From: Octopus sinensis
Lineage: Eukaryota
Length of the DNA: 64,000 bases
NCBI RefSeq assembly: GCF_006345805.1
Contig: NC_043011.1
Coordinates: 50,294,464 to 50,358,463, forward strand
Reading direction: 5' to 3'
Shown here: piece after piece, positions 37,836 to 49,958 of the stretch
How positions within the stretch are numbered: position 1 is the stretch's first letter
Layout: each line of letters opens with the position of its first letter
Notes under the pieces: model-generated
The model's database searches: none
What the model saw: the letters and a program-made list of their open reading frames with translations, nothing else
What the model was told of the DNA's origin: nothing
Made by a program: the position numbers and the translations under genes

Positions 37836-39072
37836 CAGGGCGTGGTGAATAAAGTGTCTTCTAAAGAACGTAAAAAGAAAAATAACACTGACAACTCATT
37901 TTAGCATACATTTACCAAAATTACATTTGAATATCTTGAAATACTAAAGAATAAATTTATTCAATATAATTGCCATTGGTTTCAAACCACGGCCTCTAGA
38001 CGACTTCGGAATCTCCTGCAACTCTTCTGGACGGTCGCCTTGTTTAAGTTGATGTATGTTGCCATAATTGTTGCCCTCGGTACAAGGAGTTTTGTTGGTC
38101 TCTCGCTCAAGTGCTACCGACACATATCAATCAAGGGAGTTGCAGTTTGGGAAGTTAGGTGGCCAGATGTTAGGGGTGATGTGGTCACAGAAATTTCCTG
38201 ACAGCCATGACTGGGTTCTCCTGCTTGTGTAACATGGGGCGGAGATCTGTTGCCAGATATAGGGTCTTCCAGCAGCCACCTTCGTGATCCCTCCTCTGCG
38301 CACTTGATGTAGGCCTCCGAGTTGAGTCTGAGGCTGTGTGGGAAGATGAATGGAGGCATAACGCTGCCATCACTAATGATCGCTAGAAACACCATGATGT
38401 TGACTGCATGCTTTGATTTTTATCAGTTTCACTAAAGGCTTTGGGGACACGGCAAGCCAACTGTTGTTCTGTTTAAACACCATCTGCTTCTGGCAGAAAT
38501 GTTTCTCGACTGAAAAGAATCAATGTATCTTCGGTAGGGGACGACGCTTGGGTTTGTTCAGAAACTTCATAGTGCGGTATTTCCTCTTGTCCTTGATGGG
38601 TTGGGATAAAACTGGTTCTTTCTCATCTGCCTGATATGAAACTCATACACCGCCATGTCCCGGGCGATGGACCTGATTGAATTGGAACGAACGTTTTCAA
38701 TCGTGGTCTGGATCTTACCAACAAATTCAGGAGTTCTTTTCTTATCAGAACGACCAAGGTGAGTTTTCCGAGCTGCCGAGACTTCGTAATCACCATTAGA
38801 CTCATCTAAGTATTTCCAAACCCACTGCACTGTTATGAAATTGACACCCAAACACTCTGCAATGTTCCTATTGGAACTTCCGGCGCGAATGCCAAGATGT
38901 ACAGCTTTTGTTTCCAAATTTTATCAGAGTGAATTGCGTCACGGTGCTGTTTTTCTCACAGGCGGTGCCCAACTAACACCACTATACTTCGTAGTCGACG
39001 AAATCAAAAGCTATCAATGCCCATGCACGCAATTCAAAATATAAAATGGCGACAATTTACCCGTCGCCATAT
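37836..39072 (-). mobile_element. Defective DD37D (maT) Tc1/mariner transposon
   Basis: Degenerate TIRs (TA|CAGGGCGTGGTGAATAAAGTGTC and GACAATTTACCCGTCGCCA); transposase pieces RTPEFV, SIRSIARDM, SDGSVMPPFIFP, WQQ(D>I)SAPC...IWPPN...NSLD with 37 residues between the second and third catalytic positions. Confidence 0.85.
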
Positions 39073-39089
39073 ACATATGTATATGTATA

Positions 39090-39147
<58 letters not shown>

Positions 39148-39176
39148 TATAAATAGATGAGTGTATTTTTCGCTTG

Positions 39177-39255
<79 letters not shown>

Positions 39256-39258
39256 TAT

Positions 39259-39340
<82 letters not shown>

Positions 39341-39407
39341 AACGGGAAGCTTTATGAAAATAGACAAAAGACGAAGGCAGGTGGAAAACAAACAAACAAT
39401 TGTATTA

Positions 39408-39445
<38 letters not shown>

Positions 39446-39819
39446 GAGTGTATTTTTCCCTTGTATGTATATATATATATATATTAACAAACATGTATAC
39501 ATATATATATATATATATGTGTATATATCAATATCTTCATCTCTCTATCTTTCAGAGAGAAAATACAGTCACGTACACCTATGCATGTTTCTATTTAAGA
39601 CTTGGTTTCAGAACACTCATATTATTTGAAGCAAGCTTTTCCTAAACTGAAAAGTATTCATTATATATAAAAAAGGGTGTCTTTAAAAAAGCAGTTTGAC
39701 AGTGGCCATATGGAAGGAAGATTTTGTGTTGTGTTAAGTAGTTTTCGCTGTTTTCAGCTTTTTAAACACACGTGTTGTGACGTTTGTGTATAGAGCTAGT
39801 TGTTTTTTATGAGGTAGGG

Positions 39820-40880
39820 GACTTGTGTTCAGAATTATAGCATTCGTTTGCCTTTTGTAATTGATTTTTTCGTTCTATATTTTGACAAAAAAAAAATATC
39901 GACCGAAATGTTTAGAATGTTCCATTTACATGAAATTTACTGCACGGAATATTTCTTTGATTTCTTGCTTATGCCACCAAGGGGATCTATTACATTTTAT
40001 CCCGTTTGGCCGATATAATGCTCAGTCGATGACAGCCTTACAAGTCAGTAAAAACAGAATTCTTTTTTATTTCCTTTTTATAGTGGTGGGTTGCAATTCG
40101 CTTTCGCGTTAACTTTCAATTCTTTCTCATTCTTGATATTTTTTTCGTTTTGTCCAGTTCAGTTAGTTTACACGTTCCACAACGATGTTTCTCACATTTA
40201 TTGACTGCAATATTTCTTTTTCGGTGTGAATTTCGCCTTTTTTAACAGTGTTGTAAGATTTAGTGACTGTCTTCGGCTGCTAATAATTCGTACCTTTTTA
40301 ATTATTTTTTTTTATAGTTTTACGATTGGTATAGAATTAAGAAGTATTATTTCGCCGAATGAAATATGTTATAGATTCTAGGTTTATGGGTGACTACAAA
40401 TGCAATACTTATGCTTAGTTTTTTTTGCTTTTGTCCTTACCTTGATTATGAGGCTTTCTCTGTAAGACAGAGACTGAGATCCTCTTTGCTTGGTTATTGC
40501 ATGGCGTACTATGTTTTTCGGATAATTCTGTTTCTGAAGGAGTGTATTTAGTCGTACAATTTATCTTTCTCTGGTCTATTTGTAACCATACTTTTTGAAC
40601 ATAAACGTCTCACGTATTGAATGAAATATTCCTTCTGATATGTGATTGGTAGCAAGATCTGAAATCTATGTACTGACGTGTGACAATGACTTTGCAGGAA
40701 AGTTCGCTGGAAACAGTCTCAGTTTCTTTAATAACTAGAATGGACGCTCCTTTCTTGCATTTCCTTTTCAAATTGGATCGAATTCCTGAATGTTATTTAT
40801 GAATTTAAGGAATCTGGTAAGGTCTTCCGTTCTTTTTTCCTAAAATATGAATCAGTCATCCAGGAATCTTTTAGATTTCC
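39820..40880 (-). pseudogene. Decayed Penelope-like element (RT C-terminus, thumb, GIY-YIG)
   Basis: Minus strand KRFLDD (40853-40872), QYIDFRSC..SHIRRNI (~40625-40675), LLQKQNYPKNIV (40507-40542), SRRQSLNL, HYIGQTG (40001-40020). Confidence 0.75.
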
Positions 40881-40927
40881 CATTTACTATGTACAAATAC
40901 ACAGACGTGTTTATGATACATATATAT

Positions 40928-40965
<38 letters not shown>

Positions 40966-41329
40966 ATAAGAAGAGAAACAATGAATTAGCAAGCTATATC
41001 TAGGATCTGAAGGCTACAGTTCACCACAAGAGGAACATTATGAAACGGGCCACGCCATGCATTAATGGATCAAATAGATGCAGTCTTTGTATATCCATTT
41101 TATATTTAAGAGCATCTTTGAACAAACCTGAAATTTTTATTACATGTGAACATATGAACAAATTTCTACAGCTGAATTAGATGACACTATCTTCTCCTAA
41201 TTAGGCATGTCTCACAGATATTATCCTCTCTCTATTCGATTTATATATGCTGATTAGAATTCCGATTAGATACCTGAAAGAGACAGAACTCATTATTATT
41301 TAGCTAAATCGAGAAAGAGTATACCGAAC

Positions 41330-41900
41330 TCACTATCGCCGTCTGGCAAGATTTGCATGTCGTGTCTGCTGAAGCGCAGATACATGTTGAGGCTACGCCA
41401 TAGCTCATCTCTTCGACATCTCAATTCTTCGAAAAATCTGCATTCCTGGACCAAGAAGGGACCAAGATCGGGTGTCTGGTACATGTAATGTCATCAGGTG
41501 TTCATTATCCTCTGCTTCTCAGGTAATGCTGTCGGTATGAGTTCGACGTTAATAATATATGGAGATATCGTTAGGAGTAAGAGCGATGAGGTTGTCGAGG
41601 AAAATCTGGTCGACGAGGATACACTGGCTCGTCTGCTGTGGAGGACTTTCGGGCTGGGAACTACCATGGATAACTCCCAGAAGTCCCTCACCTACTAGGG
41701 CTACAGAAGAGCACTGCCGGTTTGAGACAGACCCTATAGGTACGAATATGCTGTTTGGTGGGATCTGCATAAGATGTTTGAAGTGCGACGAAACCGTTTT
41801 GCGCATGCTCATGCAGTGACTGAGCATTGTGTAATTATGTCAAAAAAGTGTTAGATGAATACCACTATCAGCCAAGTCGATCATGACGATCGAACCACCA
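41330..41900 (+). pseudogene. Old, degraded Tx1-clade ORF2 C-terminal fragment
   Basis: LLKRRYMLRLRH, SWTKKGPRSGVW, LARLLWRTFGLGTTMDNSQKSL align with the 6.2-kb and 13-kb copies. Confidence 0.7.
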
Positions 41901-42213
41901 GGTGGTGTTCCAGTCTAGCAATTATGACGAAAGAAGTTGTGGTAGATGAGGCTCAGATACCTTTCTCTTTGGCCAAACCTGCACTGAACTTCTCAAGTTT
42001 CAGTTGGAAAGGAAATTAAGTGCCGAGGGTGACGTGCTGTCTCTTGCAATGAAATGGTAAAAAAGGTGGTGATCGAGGAAAAATTGTTAACTGTCTTTGT
42101 AAAATCCCCTTCAATGATACCCCTGTGATAAATAAAAGAAACTATTCTCTTCATCATCATTATCATCATCAACAACAGCAACAGCAGCATCGTCGTCGCC
42201 GTCGTCGTCGTCG

Positions 42214-42256
<43 letters not shown>

Positions 42257-42464
42257 TATCATCATCATTATTATCATCATCATTATTATCATCATCATCA
42301 TTATCATTATCATTATCATTATCATCATCATTATCATTATCATCATCATTATCATTATCATCATCATTATCATTATCATTATCATTATCATCATCATCAT
42401 CATCATTATTATTATTATCATCATTATTAGTATTATCATCATCATTATTATTATTATTAGGTAG

Positions 42465-42851
42465 CAAGCTGGCAGAATCGAAAGTACGCCGGGCAAAATG
42501 CTTAGAGGCATTTCGCTCGTCATTATATTCTGAGTTCAAATTCCGACGCGGTTCACCTTGCCTTTCATCCTTTTGGGGTTGACACAGTCTTTATACCAGT
42601 TGTGCACGGAGGTCAATATAATCGATTTAGCCCCGTCCTCTAAAATTGCTGACCTTGTGCTAAAATTTGGCAGAATCATTAGCGGCATTTCTTCCGGCCT
42701 TTACGTTCAGAGTTCAAATTGTGCTGAAGACGATTTTGCCTACCATCTTTTCGGAGTAGATAAAATAAGTCCCCGTTGAACGGTGGGGATCGACGTAATC
42801 ACCTTATCTCCTCCCTCGGAAATTGCTGGCCTTGTGATAAAATTAGGAACC

Positions 42852-42852
<1 letters not shown>
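42465..42852 (+). mobile_element. Tandem dimer of SINE family B
   Basis: Two successive TGGCAGAATC...GAGTTCAAATT...CCTTGTG units (~42465-42665 and ~42667-42852) between (ATT)n tracts. Confidence 0.7.
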
Positions 42853-42894
<42 letters not shown>

Positions 42895-43052
42895 TATTAT
42901 TATTATTATTATTATTATTATCATCATTATCATTATTATTATTATTATTATCATCATTACTATTATTATTATTATCATTATTATTATCATTAATATTATT
43001 ATTATTATTATTATTATCATAACCATCATCAGCATCATTACTTCTATTAGTT

Positions 43053-43481
43053 AGCAAGTATACTGCTCAGGACCACAGATGTGCTTGATTTTAACCAGTT
43101 GGGCATGTGTGGCTTAGTCGGGCATGTGTTTCTTAGTGGCTGACAATATGTGCATCTCTGATCACGAGCAAGAGTTGCGGGGGAGCGTCGTATCCTTGCG
43201 TTAAGAGGAATTCATTGGGGTTTGAATAATTCGCCACGGGAAGCACGGGCGTTTCATTCATCATTCAGAGACCTTTTGACCTGAAGAAAATTCTAACTGG
43301 GCCCCATCTGCAAGGCCAGGCGTTGTTCATCCTGATATAAGGTCATCATGTCGTACACATGCGGTCGTGATGCATGTGTCTGGTGGACCCTTATCAGACG
43401 AGTAGTCATGATGGATATATTGTGTCGCATATATTTGTACCCCAGTGTCGCTTTGATGACATGCATTGCTCTCTCACTCAA
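43053..43481 (+). mobile_element. 5'-truncated copy of the (AAT)n-embedded element
   Basis: Colinear with ~9165-9607. Confidence 0.75.
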
Positions 43482-44330
43482 TAATAATTAAAGGCTAGTA
43501 ATGAATGTTGAACACTAAACCAGAAATAGCATATACAATTTCAATGTAGTTTCGAAGTCTTTAACAGCTGAGAGGAATAAGACATCAACAAGCAATAACT
43601 TAATGGATTAGAAACGAGCGCTATACGGCAATAGAGAGACATGCGTCAAAGGAAATATATTTCCTGCTACGAGCTGACATGTATAAATTTAGACATGTTA
43701 GTAATATGAGACAGGGATGTTATAATTATTAATTAAGTTGGACAATAATTAAATAATAAGAAATTAAGTTGATATTTAAGCGAAGGTTTTTACAATGATT
43801 ATACAGGACAAATTTATTCCAATGATTGTGGAATCAAGAGACCGATGGGAATAAAGAGTTAATTGTTTCAAATGACATGGGCAGAGCGTTTAGAGATGAT
43901 TATATAATTACTGGAATTAGACTGTTATTTAATGTGAATAGGTCTATGCAGGTATAGGTGTGTGGTTAAGTGGTTCTCATCGCAACATGGTTCGGATTTC
44001 AGGTTTCAGTTCCACCGCAGGCGAATTTGAGCAACTGCCTTCTAATGTATCCCTGGACCGGTTAATGTATTGTGAGTGAATTTGGTAACTGGAAAATGTA
44101 TGGAAGCCCACGGTATATTTGAGGAAAGAGCTGACAAACGGATAAACGATTATCTTGTGAACTCCATTAGCATACAGATGTTTCTTATTACCGCTCTGTA
44201 TACGACTAACACTCTGTTCAGAGGCATACGTACATTAAGTTTTATACCAGGTTATACAACTGCCTAAGCGATTTATATATAGTTTTTCTTTCTTTCTTTT
44301 CGTTCTCTCTCAATTTTTTTCCACTTATTC

Positions 44331-44450
44331 CTTTCTATCGAAGAGCGTAGGCTCTACACATAAAAGACTTTTCCATTTTCCCCGAGCATTAAATTAATAC
44401 ACCTGCTTTTTGTTCCTACAACTGTCTTCGTCTTTTGTTGTTGTTTTTTT
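44331..44450 (+). repeat. Short repeat with remnant hammerhead 5' half
   Basis: CTTT-CTATCGA-A-GAGC(GTAG)GCTC then degenerate GAAA; family shared with 8545-8645. Confidence 0.45.
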
Positions 44451-44869
44451 GTAAAATTGAACTATATATGTGTGTGTGTTGTGTGTGTGTATTATGTATA
44501 TACATACGAGACATATATATGTATATAATATAATGTATGTATGTATATATGTGTATGTGAGTCTTAGCAGTTATGGGGTATCTCTGCTCTCACTTCGATA
44601 TATTATGCGTGGTACATTGTGTACACCTATTCAGGAGAGGTTGATTTGATGGAGTGGGTGACCTAATGTACAAACACGTAAACTATAAAGGGAATCTGTG
44701 GGGATGTTGTTCAATAAGAAATTGCAATACAGTTTTTCTCAGACTACGACAGACTATCATCATATATTTTTTTCTCTAGTTTCAGCTCAGAGTTGTGGCC
44801 ATGCTGATACACCGCCGTTCATGTAGACATGAAAGTATATATCATTGCATCACTGTACCGACCTTATTA

Positions 44870-45290
44870 TCGGATGTTGATATACCCCACTGATCACAAT
44901 ACATTTCCAAGCGTTTCATTATTCCACCCTTCTCTTCCGCCTTGGCCAAAAATCTTTTTACTAAATCGCCTGAAGCAGCTGATTTTGTATTTTCGGTATT
45001 CTGCAATTAAGGCTTTCACTTCGCTTTCTTCTCGAATAACATGATTTCGAATATGTTCTTGCAATGATATTCCCAAAACGCATTTTTTTCATGACGATTT
45101 GTAGGCTAGCCAATATCTTCCAATTTCTTAGTAGCCCGTGTCTCACCTGCATAGACAGTATAGGTAGGACGATATTATTAAACAGACTAACACATGGGGT
45201 TTTCTCTAACTTTGCTGTGTGCACACCTTTTATTGAGGCAATCACGTTGCAGGCGCCCATATCGCGTGCAAGATTTCAAGAACCATGTCT
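44870..45290 (-). pseudogene. RTE-clade LINE C-terminal fragment
   Basis: LFNNIVLPIL.YAGET, EHIRNHVIREESEVK, frameshifted. Confidence 0.7.
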
Positions 45291-45391
45291 CCGTTAAGTT
45301 ATGGAAAAGGTAACGGGCTAACACAGATTGTCAGGCAGTGAGGAAGCAGAACAGACAAAAACAGAAACACAGACACTGATGCACATATGTA

Positions 45392-46234
45392 CGTAGTCTG
45401 ATCAATAAGTAACCGGATTGTTGCCATAGTAACGAAGCACGCAGAGTAAATCCGCTTGGCACCGATAGACTTTGAACTCTGCTGTGCATGCGCACTATGT
45501 TTTATTATGTTACCTCACTTCCACTGCTTACAGGTAATGCTTGTAAGGAAGGTGTGCAGCGTATGATCGTCGTATTGACCATGACAAATAAAGTTGAGCA
45601 GAGGCCTACGCAAAGTTTTCAAAAAGTTTCATCGCTCTTGACGCAGTCGAGGTGATCTTGTGCAACTGAAATCCGAGTGTCTTTTTGGTCAGCTGAAAGC
45701 AGTTTTGGCACAAATTTGGCAGACACGCGTCTCATACCCAAATCGTCAGTGATAGTGGACTAAACAGAACCGTAACTAATCTGCACAGCCTCTGATAACT
45801 CACGGATGGTGATTCGACGACTTCTCAGAGCTGCACGCACATCTGCGAGTTTTTTCTCTCAGTTCTGCGGGCTACGGGTCTCCCAGAACGTTCGTCAACA
45901 TCGACATTTTTTTCGGCCATCATGGAAACGTCTGAACCCCACGTGCACTTGTGTGCGGCTCATACAACCCTCTGCATATACATTCTGCAACTTTGCATAG
46001 GCTTCTGAGCAGGTATCAGCATGACAACTTTCTCTGCGATGGTCAATGCAACGATCACACGCTACACACCTTCCTGCCAAGGACTGCTGTAAACAGCGGA
46101 AGTGATCTAGAGCGTTAAGACTTTGTGCGCATGCACAGCAGATTTCAAGGTCAATCATTGCTAAGCGGCTTTACTCTGTGTGCTTTGGCTTCATTACTAT
46201 GGTAACACTCCGGATACTTATTGATCAGACCACG
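45392..46234 (-). mobile_element. Internally deleted mariner (N-terminal half of transposase)
   Basis: TA duplication; TIRs CGTAGTCTGATCAATAAGTAACCGG / CCGGATACTTATTGATCAGACCACG with imperfect extension to ~100 bp; remnants YAEGCMSRTQVH..FRRFHDGR. Confidence 0.88.
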
Positions 46235-47979
46235 TACATGCATACATATGTGCCTGATGGGGTGTATGTGTGCTGTATATGTATATATCACTGTGTGAAT
46301 TTGGGGTTTGCGTTTATCCGTCCTCCCCACTGTTTAACAATCGGTTTTGGTTTGTTTACATCCCCATAACTTGGTGGTTTGCCAAAATTTTCCTACAGAA
46401 TATGTAACAGAATTTAAGTATATGCTGGTATCGAATTCTTCGAATAAGCTTCGAAGCCGGTGCTCCAGCATGGCTACAGTCTAACGCCTGAAGCAATTGA
46501 GAGTAAATTGAAAACAAAATGATAAAAGACGCAAAAAGAAAATGTTACAGCGTCGGAAAAAATGCTTTGTACTAATTCTTTTCACGTTTTGTGTTCTTTT
46601 GAAAGCATTTTCTTAGGACAGATATTGAAGTTGCAGAAACGTTAACGCACCGGAAAAAATGCATATCCGCATTTCTTCCGGCTGTTTAAATTCCGAGTCA
46701 AAATACCGATAAGACGGATTTTGCTTTTTATCTTTGAAGGGTCGATAAAATAAGTAGCAGTTGATCAAATGGGTTGATCAAATTGACTTACCCCCATCCC
46801 TTAAAATTTCAGGCCTTGTGCATAAATTATTATTGTGCATACATTATTATTGTGCATAAATTATTATTGTGCATATATTATTTTTGGAAAGAATAATGGA
46901 TTTGCCGAATCATTTGAGTGCCGGCCTTAATACTCCGTAATATTTCTTCGACCCATTACGTTCTGAGTTCAAATCTCACCAATGTCATTTATGCCTTTCA
47001 TCCATCTGGAGTAGATAAAGTATGCCACCAGTGAAATACTGGTGTTTACAGTATCGATTAAGTACTCTTTTTGAAATTGCTGATCTTGTGGCTAATATTT
47101 TTCTTTTTAAGAAAGACACTGTTGAGTACGTGGAATTTAAGCCAGCATTTGATTTGGTTACAACAGAATAAACTGAAGATATTAAAGAAGACAAAATTAA
47201 CGATAAATGTTTTGCGATGGAACTAATTAAAAGCATTAAAGGAACCACTATTACGAAGGTAAAATAAATATAGAGTTGCATTGATAAACAGAATGTGTAA
47301 AATAAAATATACTGGCCCCAAAACCATTTAATATGCATGTGAGAAATTCCTCTCTCTTTCTTTCTCTCTCTCTCACAGGCACGCACATTTTATTGCTGAA
47401 TAATTTACTAGCTAAGATGTAAAAACAATGGCTGTTTTAAATATAAACTTTATTCTCTTTATAAGAATCTTCATTGGATGTTGAATTTAGCTTAATTCAT
47501 TTGTCTCAAGTGATGCTGTGCTGATGATTGCAAAGAAGGATTAAATAGCGCTTCACACGGCTACCAACGATAATAAACTTAAGAAGCTTTAAGCAGTTTT
47601 TTTTTAATGTGTAGAAAGATAAAATATTTATATGCCATTTAATCTCTGATATAAATTCGCTATTTTTATCAACCCGCTAGATTACACAGAGCGTACAAAA
47701 TGTAACACCAGCTGTGAAGCGGTGGTGGAGGAGACAAACAGAACACAAAAACATATATACGCACGCATTTACACATACATATAAATATGTGTGTGTGCGC
47801 GCGTGCGTGTGTGTGTGCGCGCGCGCTCGAAGAGCTACTGCATAGTTTCCAGCTAAGAAATTCATTAACAAGGCATTGGTGGACCAAGGGTTACAAAAGA
47901 AGACACTCGCCCAAGGTGCCGCGCAGCAGGACCGAACCCGAAACCAAACGGTTTTCAAGAAAGCCTTTGGAAAACCACA

Positions 47980-48010
<31 letters not shown>

Positions 48011-48197
48011 TTTGTATGTATGTATGTATGTATGTAGGTAGGTAGGTAGGTAGGTAGGTAGGTAGGTAGGTAGGTAAGTAGGAAGGTAGGTAAGTAGGTA
48101 GGTAGGTATGTGTGTGTGAGAGAGAGAAATTATGATAAACTCAAGTTAACATTACATTATTTACAATTGACGAATATTTGCCCTCATCTTTGTTGTT

Positions 48198-48243
48198 AAC
48201 ACAACGTTTCGGCTGATATACCCTCCAGCCTTCATCAGGTGTC
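48198..48243 (-). ncRNA. Minimal type I hammerhead ribozyme
   Basis: Minus strand GACAC-CTGATGA-A-GGCTG(GAGGGTATAT)CAGCC-GAAAC-GTT-GTGTT; helix III is only the AACGTT palindrome (dimer-type). Confidence 0.7.
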
Positions 48244-48277
48244 TTGGGGAAATTTCGAACCTGGGTATTTTTCGATG

Positions 48278-48375
48278 CTGTTATTATTATTATTATTATT
48301 CAGGTCACTGCCTGGAATCGAACTTGGAATCTTGGGGTTAGTAACCCGCGCTCTTAACCACTACGCCATATGCCC
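48278..48375 (-). mobile_element. tRNA-derived Pol III head plus (AAT)n, directly upstream of the HHR
   Basis: GGGCATATGGCGTAGTGGTTAAGAGCGCGGGTTACTAACCCCAAGATTCCAAGTTCGATTCCAGGC: box A TGGCGTAGTGG, box B AGTTCGATTCC, GGG/CCC anticodon-like stem; acceptor and T stems do not pair. Confidence 0.7.
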
Positions 48376-48973
48376 GTGGCGGGTATATCAGCTGAAACGT
48401 TGTGTTAACAACAAACAAGATGAGGACAAATATCCGTCAATTGTAAATAATGTAAATAATGTACATAATTCCTCATCTCTTAAATATAGAACTGTATTAA
48501 CATCATTTGTTTCCCACGTACGTTTCATTATTTACGGTTGTTTGGAAAATATGCGTTTGTTGTTCCATGTGCAATTGGATGGTTAACCATGATTTCTCCA
48601 ATATTTGCTCTGTATGTCATAATTGGTAATACTGCTAAGTACAGTAGCAACCAAGCCTCTATACCGAAAAGTAGACTAGATGAGAAAACCTACGTGGAGC
48701 TCTAAACTCAACAACGTCCTTTCTTTTATTATTTAACTTGTTTCACGTAATTGATAGCAGCCATGCTGGAGAACTGTCTAAAAGGGTTTTAGTCGAAGAA
48801 ATCGACCCCAGGACTTTTTGAGATTAATTTTTGTGCTTGGTACTTATTCTAACAGACTCTCTAGCCGAACTGCTAAGTTACGGGGACATAAACGCACCAA
48901 CGTCAGTTGCCAAGTAATGGCTGTAGGACAAACACAGATCTAAAAACAATCATACATAAATACATACATGCAT

Positions 48974-49017
<44 letters not shown>

Positions 49018-49018
49018 C

Positions 49019-49093
<75 letters not shown>

Positions 49094-49104
49094 ATATATA
49101 TATA

Positions 49105-49697
49105 TGAGGGGTACGCAAAAGTCACCGGAAACGTTCTTTGTGGGACAAGCTTGTTTTAGTTCAGGCTTCCACCGCTCGAAGTCACTTGATGCGACCATCA
49201 GGCGAATGGAATTTCCACATAGCATTTGTTCTTTCTGGTCAAACTGTTAACCAGATATTTTACATGGTACTTCTGAAGTATTTTGGTACGCGGTTAGACA
49301 AAAACACCCCGAACAGTGATAAAGTTGCGAGTGATGGTTTCATCACAACAATGCACCTATGCACACCACCTTGAGTGTGGCATAGTTTTTGCAAAAAATG
49401 GCATGACCTCGCATACCCACCCTCCCTATTTTCTGGTCTTGCTCCTTGCGACTCTGTTGTATTCCCCCGAACGAAAACCTTTTGCAGATGTGGAAGCGGT
49501 GAAGAAAAAAAAAACGACGGAAGCATTAAAAGGACTCACTTCGTAAGAGTTCCAGGACTGCTTCGAACAGTGGGAAACGCGTCTGGACCTACACTTTGCT
49601 ACAAATGGACATATACCTCGAATACGATAAAAGTGTAGACATGTAAAACAAAGTGAATAAAATATTTCAAATTTCCGTTTCTTTTGTGTACCCCTCG
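49105..49697 (+). mobile_element. Internally deleted mariner (C-terminal half of transposase)
   Basis: TIRs TA|TGAGGGGTACGCAAAAG and CTTTTGTGTACCCCTCG|TA; remnants GQTVNQ.FY, NAP.HT, KNGMT..THPPY...LAPCD. Confidence 0.85.
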
Positions 49698-49766
49698 TAT
49701 ATATATATATATGTGACCTCGTGAGTACCGTTGGCGATTTTTTTCCTCTGTCTTCCCTTCTCCTAT

Positions 49767-49801
49767 GTTTCCGACGAAGAGCTCCGCTCGAAACGTTAAA
49801 C
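49767..49801 (+). ncRNA. Minimal hammerhead motif with U4C core change
   Basis: GTTT-CCGACGA-A-GAGC(TCC)GCTC-GAAAC-GTT-AAAC. Confidence 0.55.
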
Positions 49802-49897
49802 CCTCCTTCTTTCCTGAGCGTCCAATAATACTTTATTTGTTCCACGTCCTCGCGTTGTTGTGTTTTTTTGTTTTTTTGTGTTTTCTTGTTTGGATTA

Positions 49898-49958
<61 letters not shown>

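Noticed and set aside
39595-39650. HHR at the 3' side of the Penelope relic
   Set aside because: Only GAAAC-CAA-GTC is recognisable; the CUGANGA half is absent.
42111-42539. Asp/Asn-rich or His-rich acidic protein ORFs
   Set aside because: Compound (ATC/ATT)n microsatellite open in several frames, with no splice or start context.
48301-48375. Functional tRNA gene
   Set aside because: Acceptor and T stems do not pair and it ends in (AAT)n; it is a SINE-type head. The same applies to 19560-19635.
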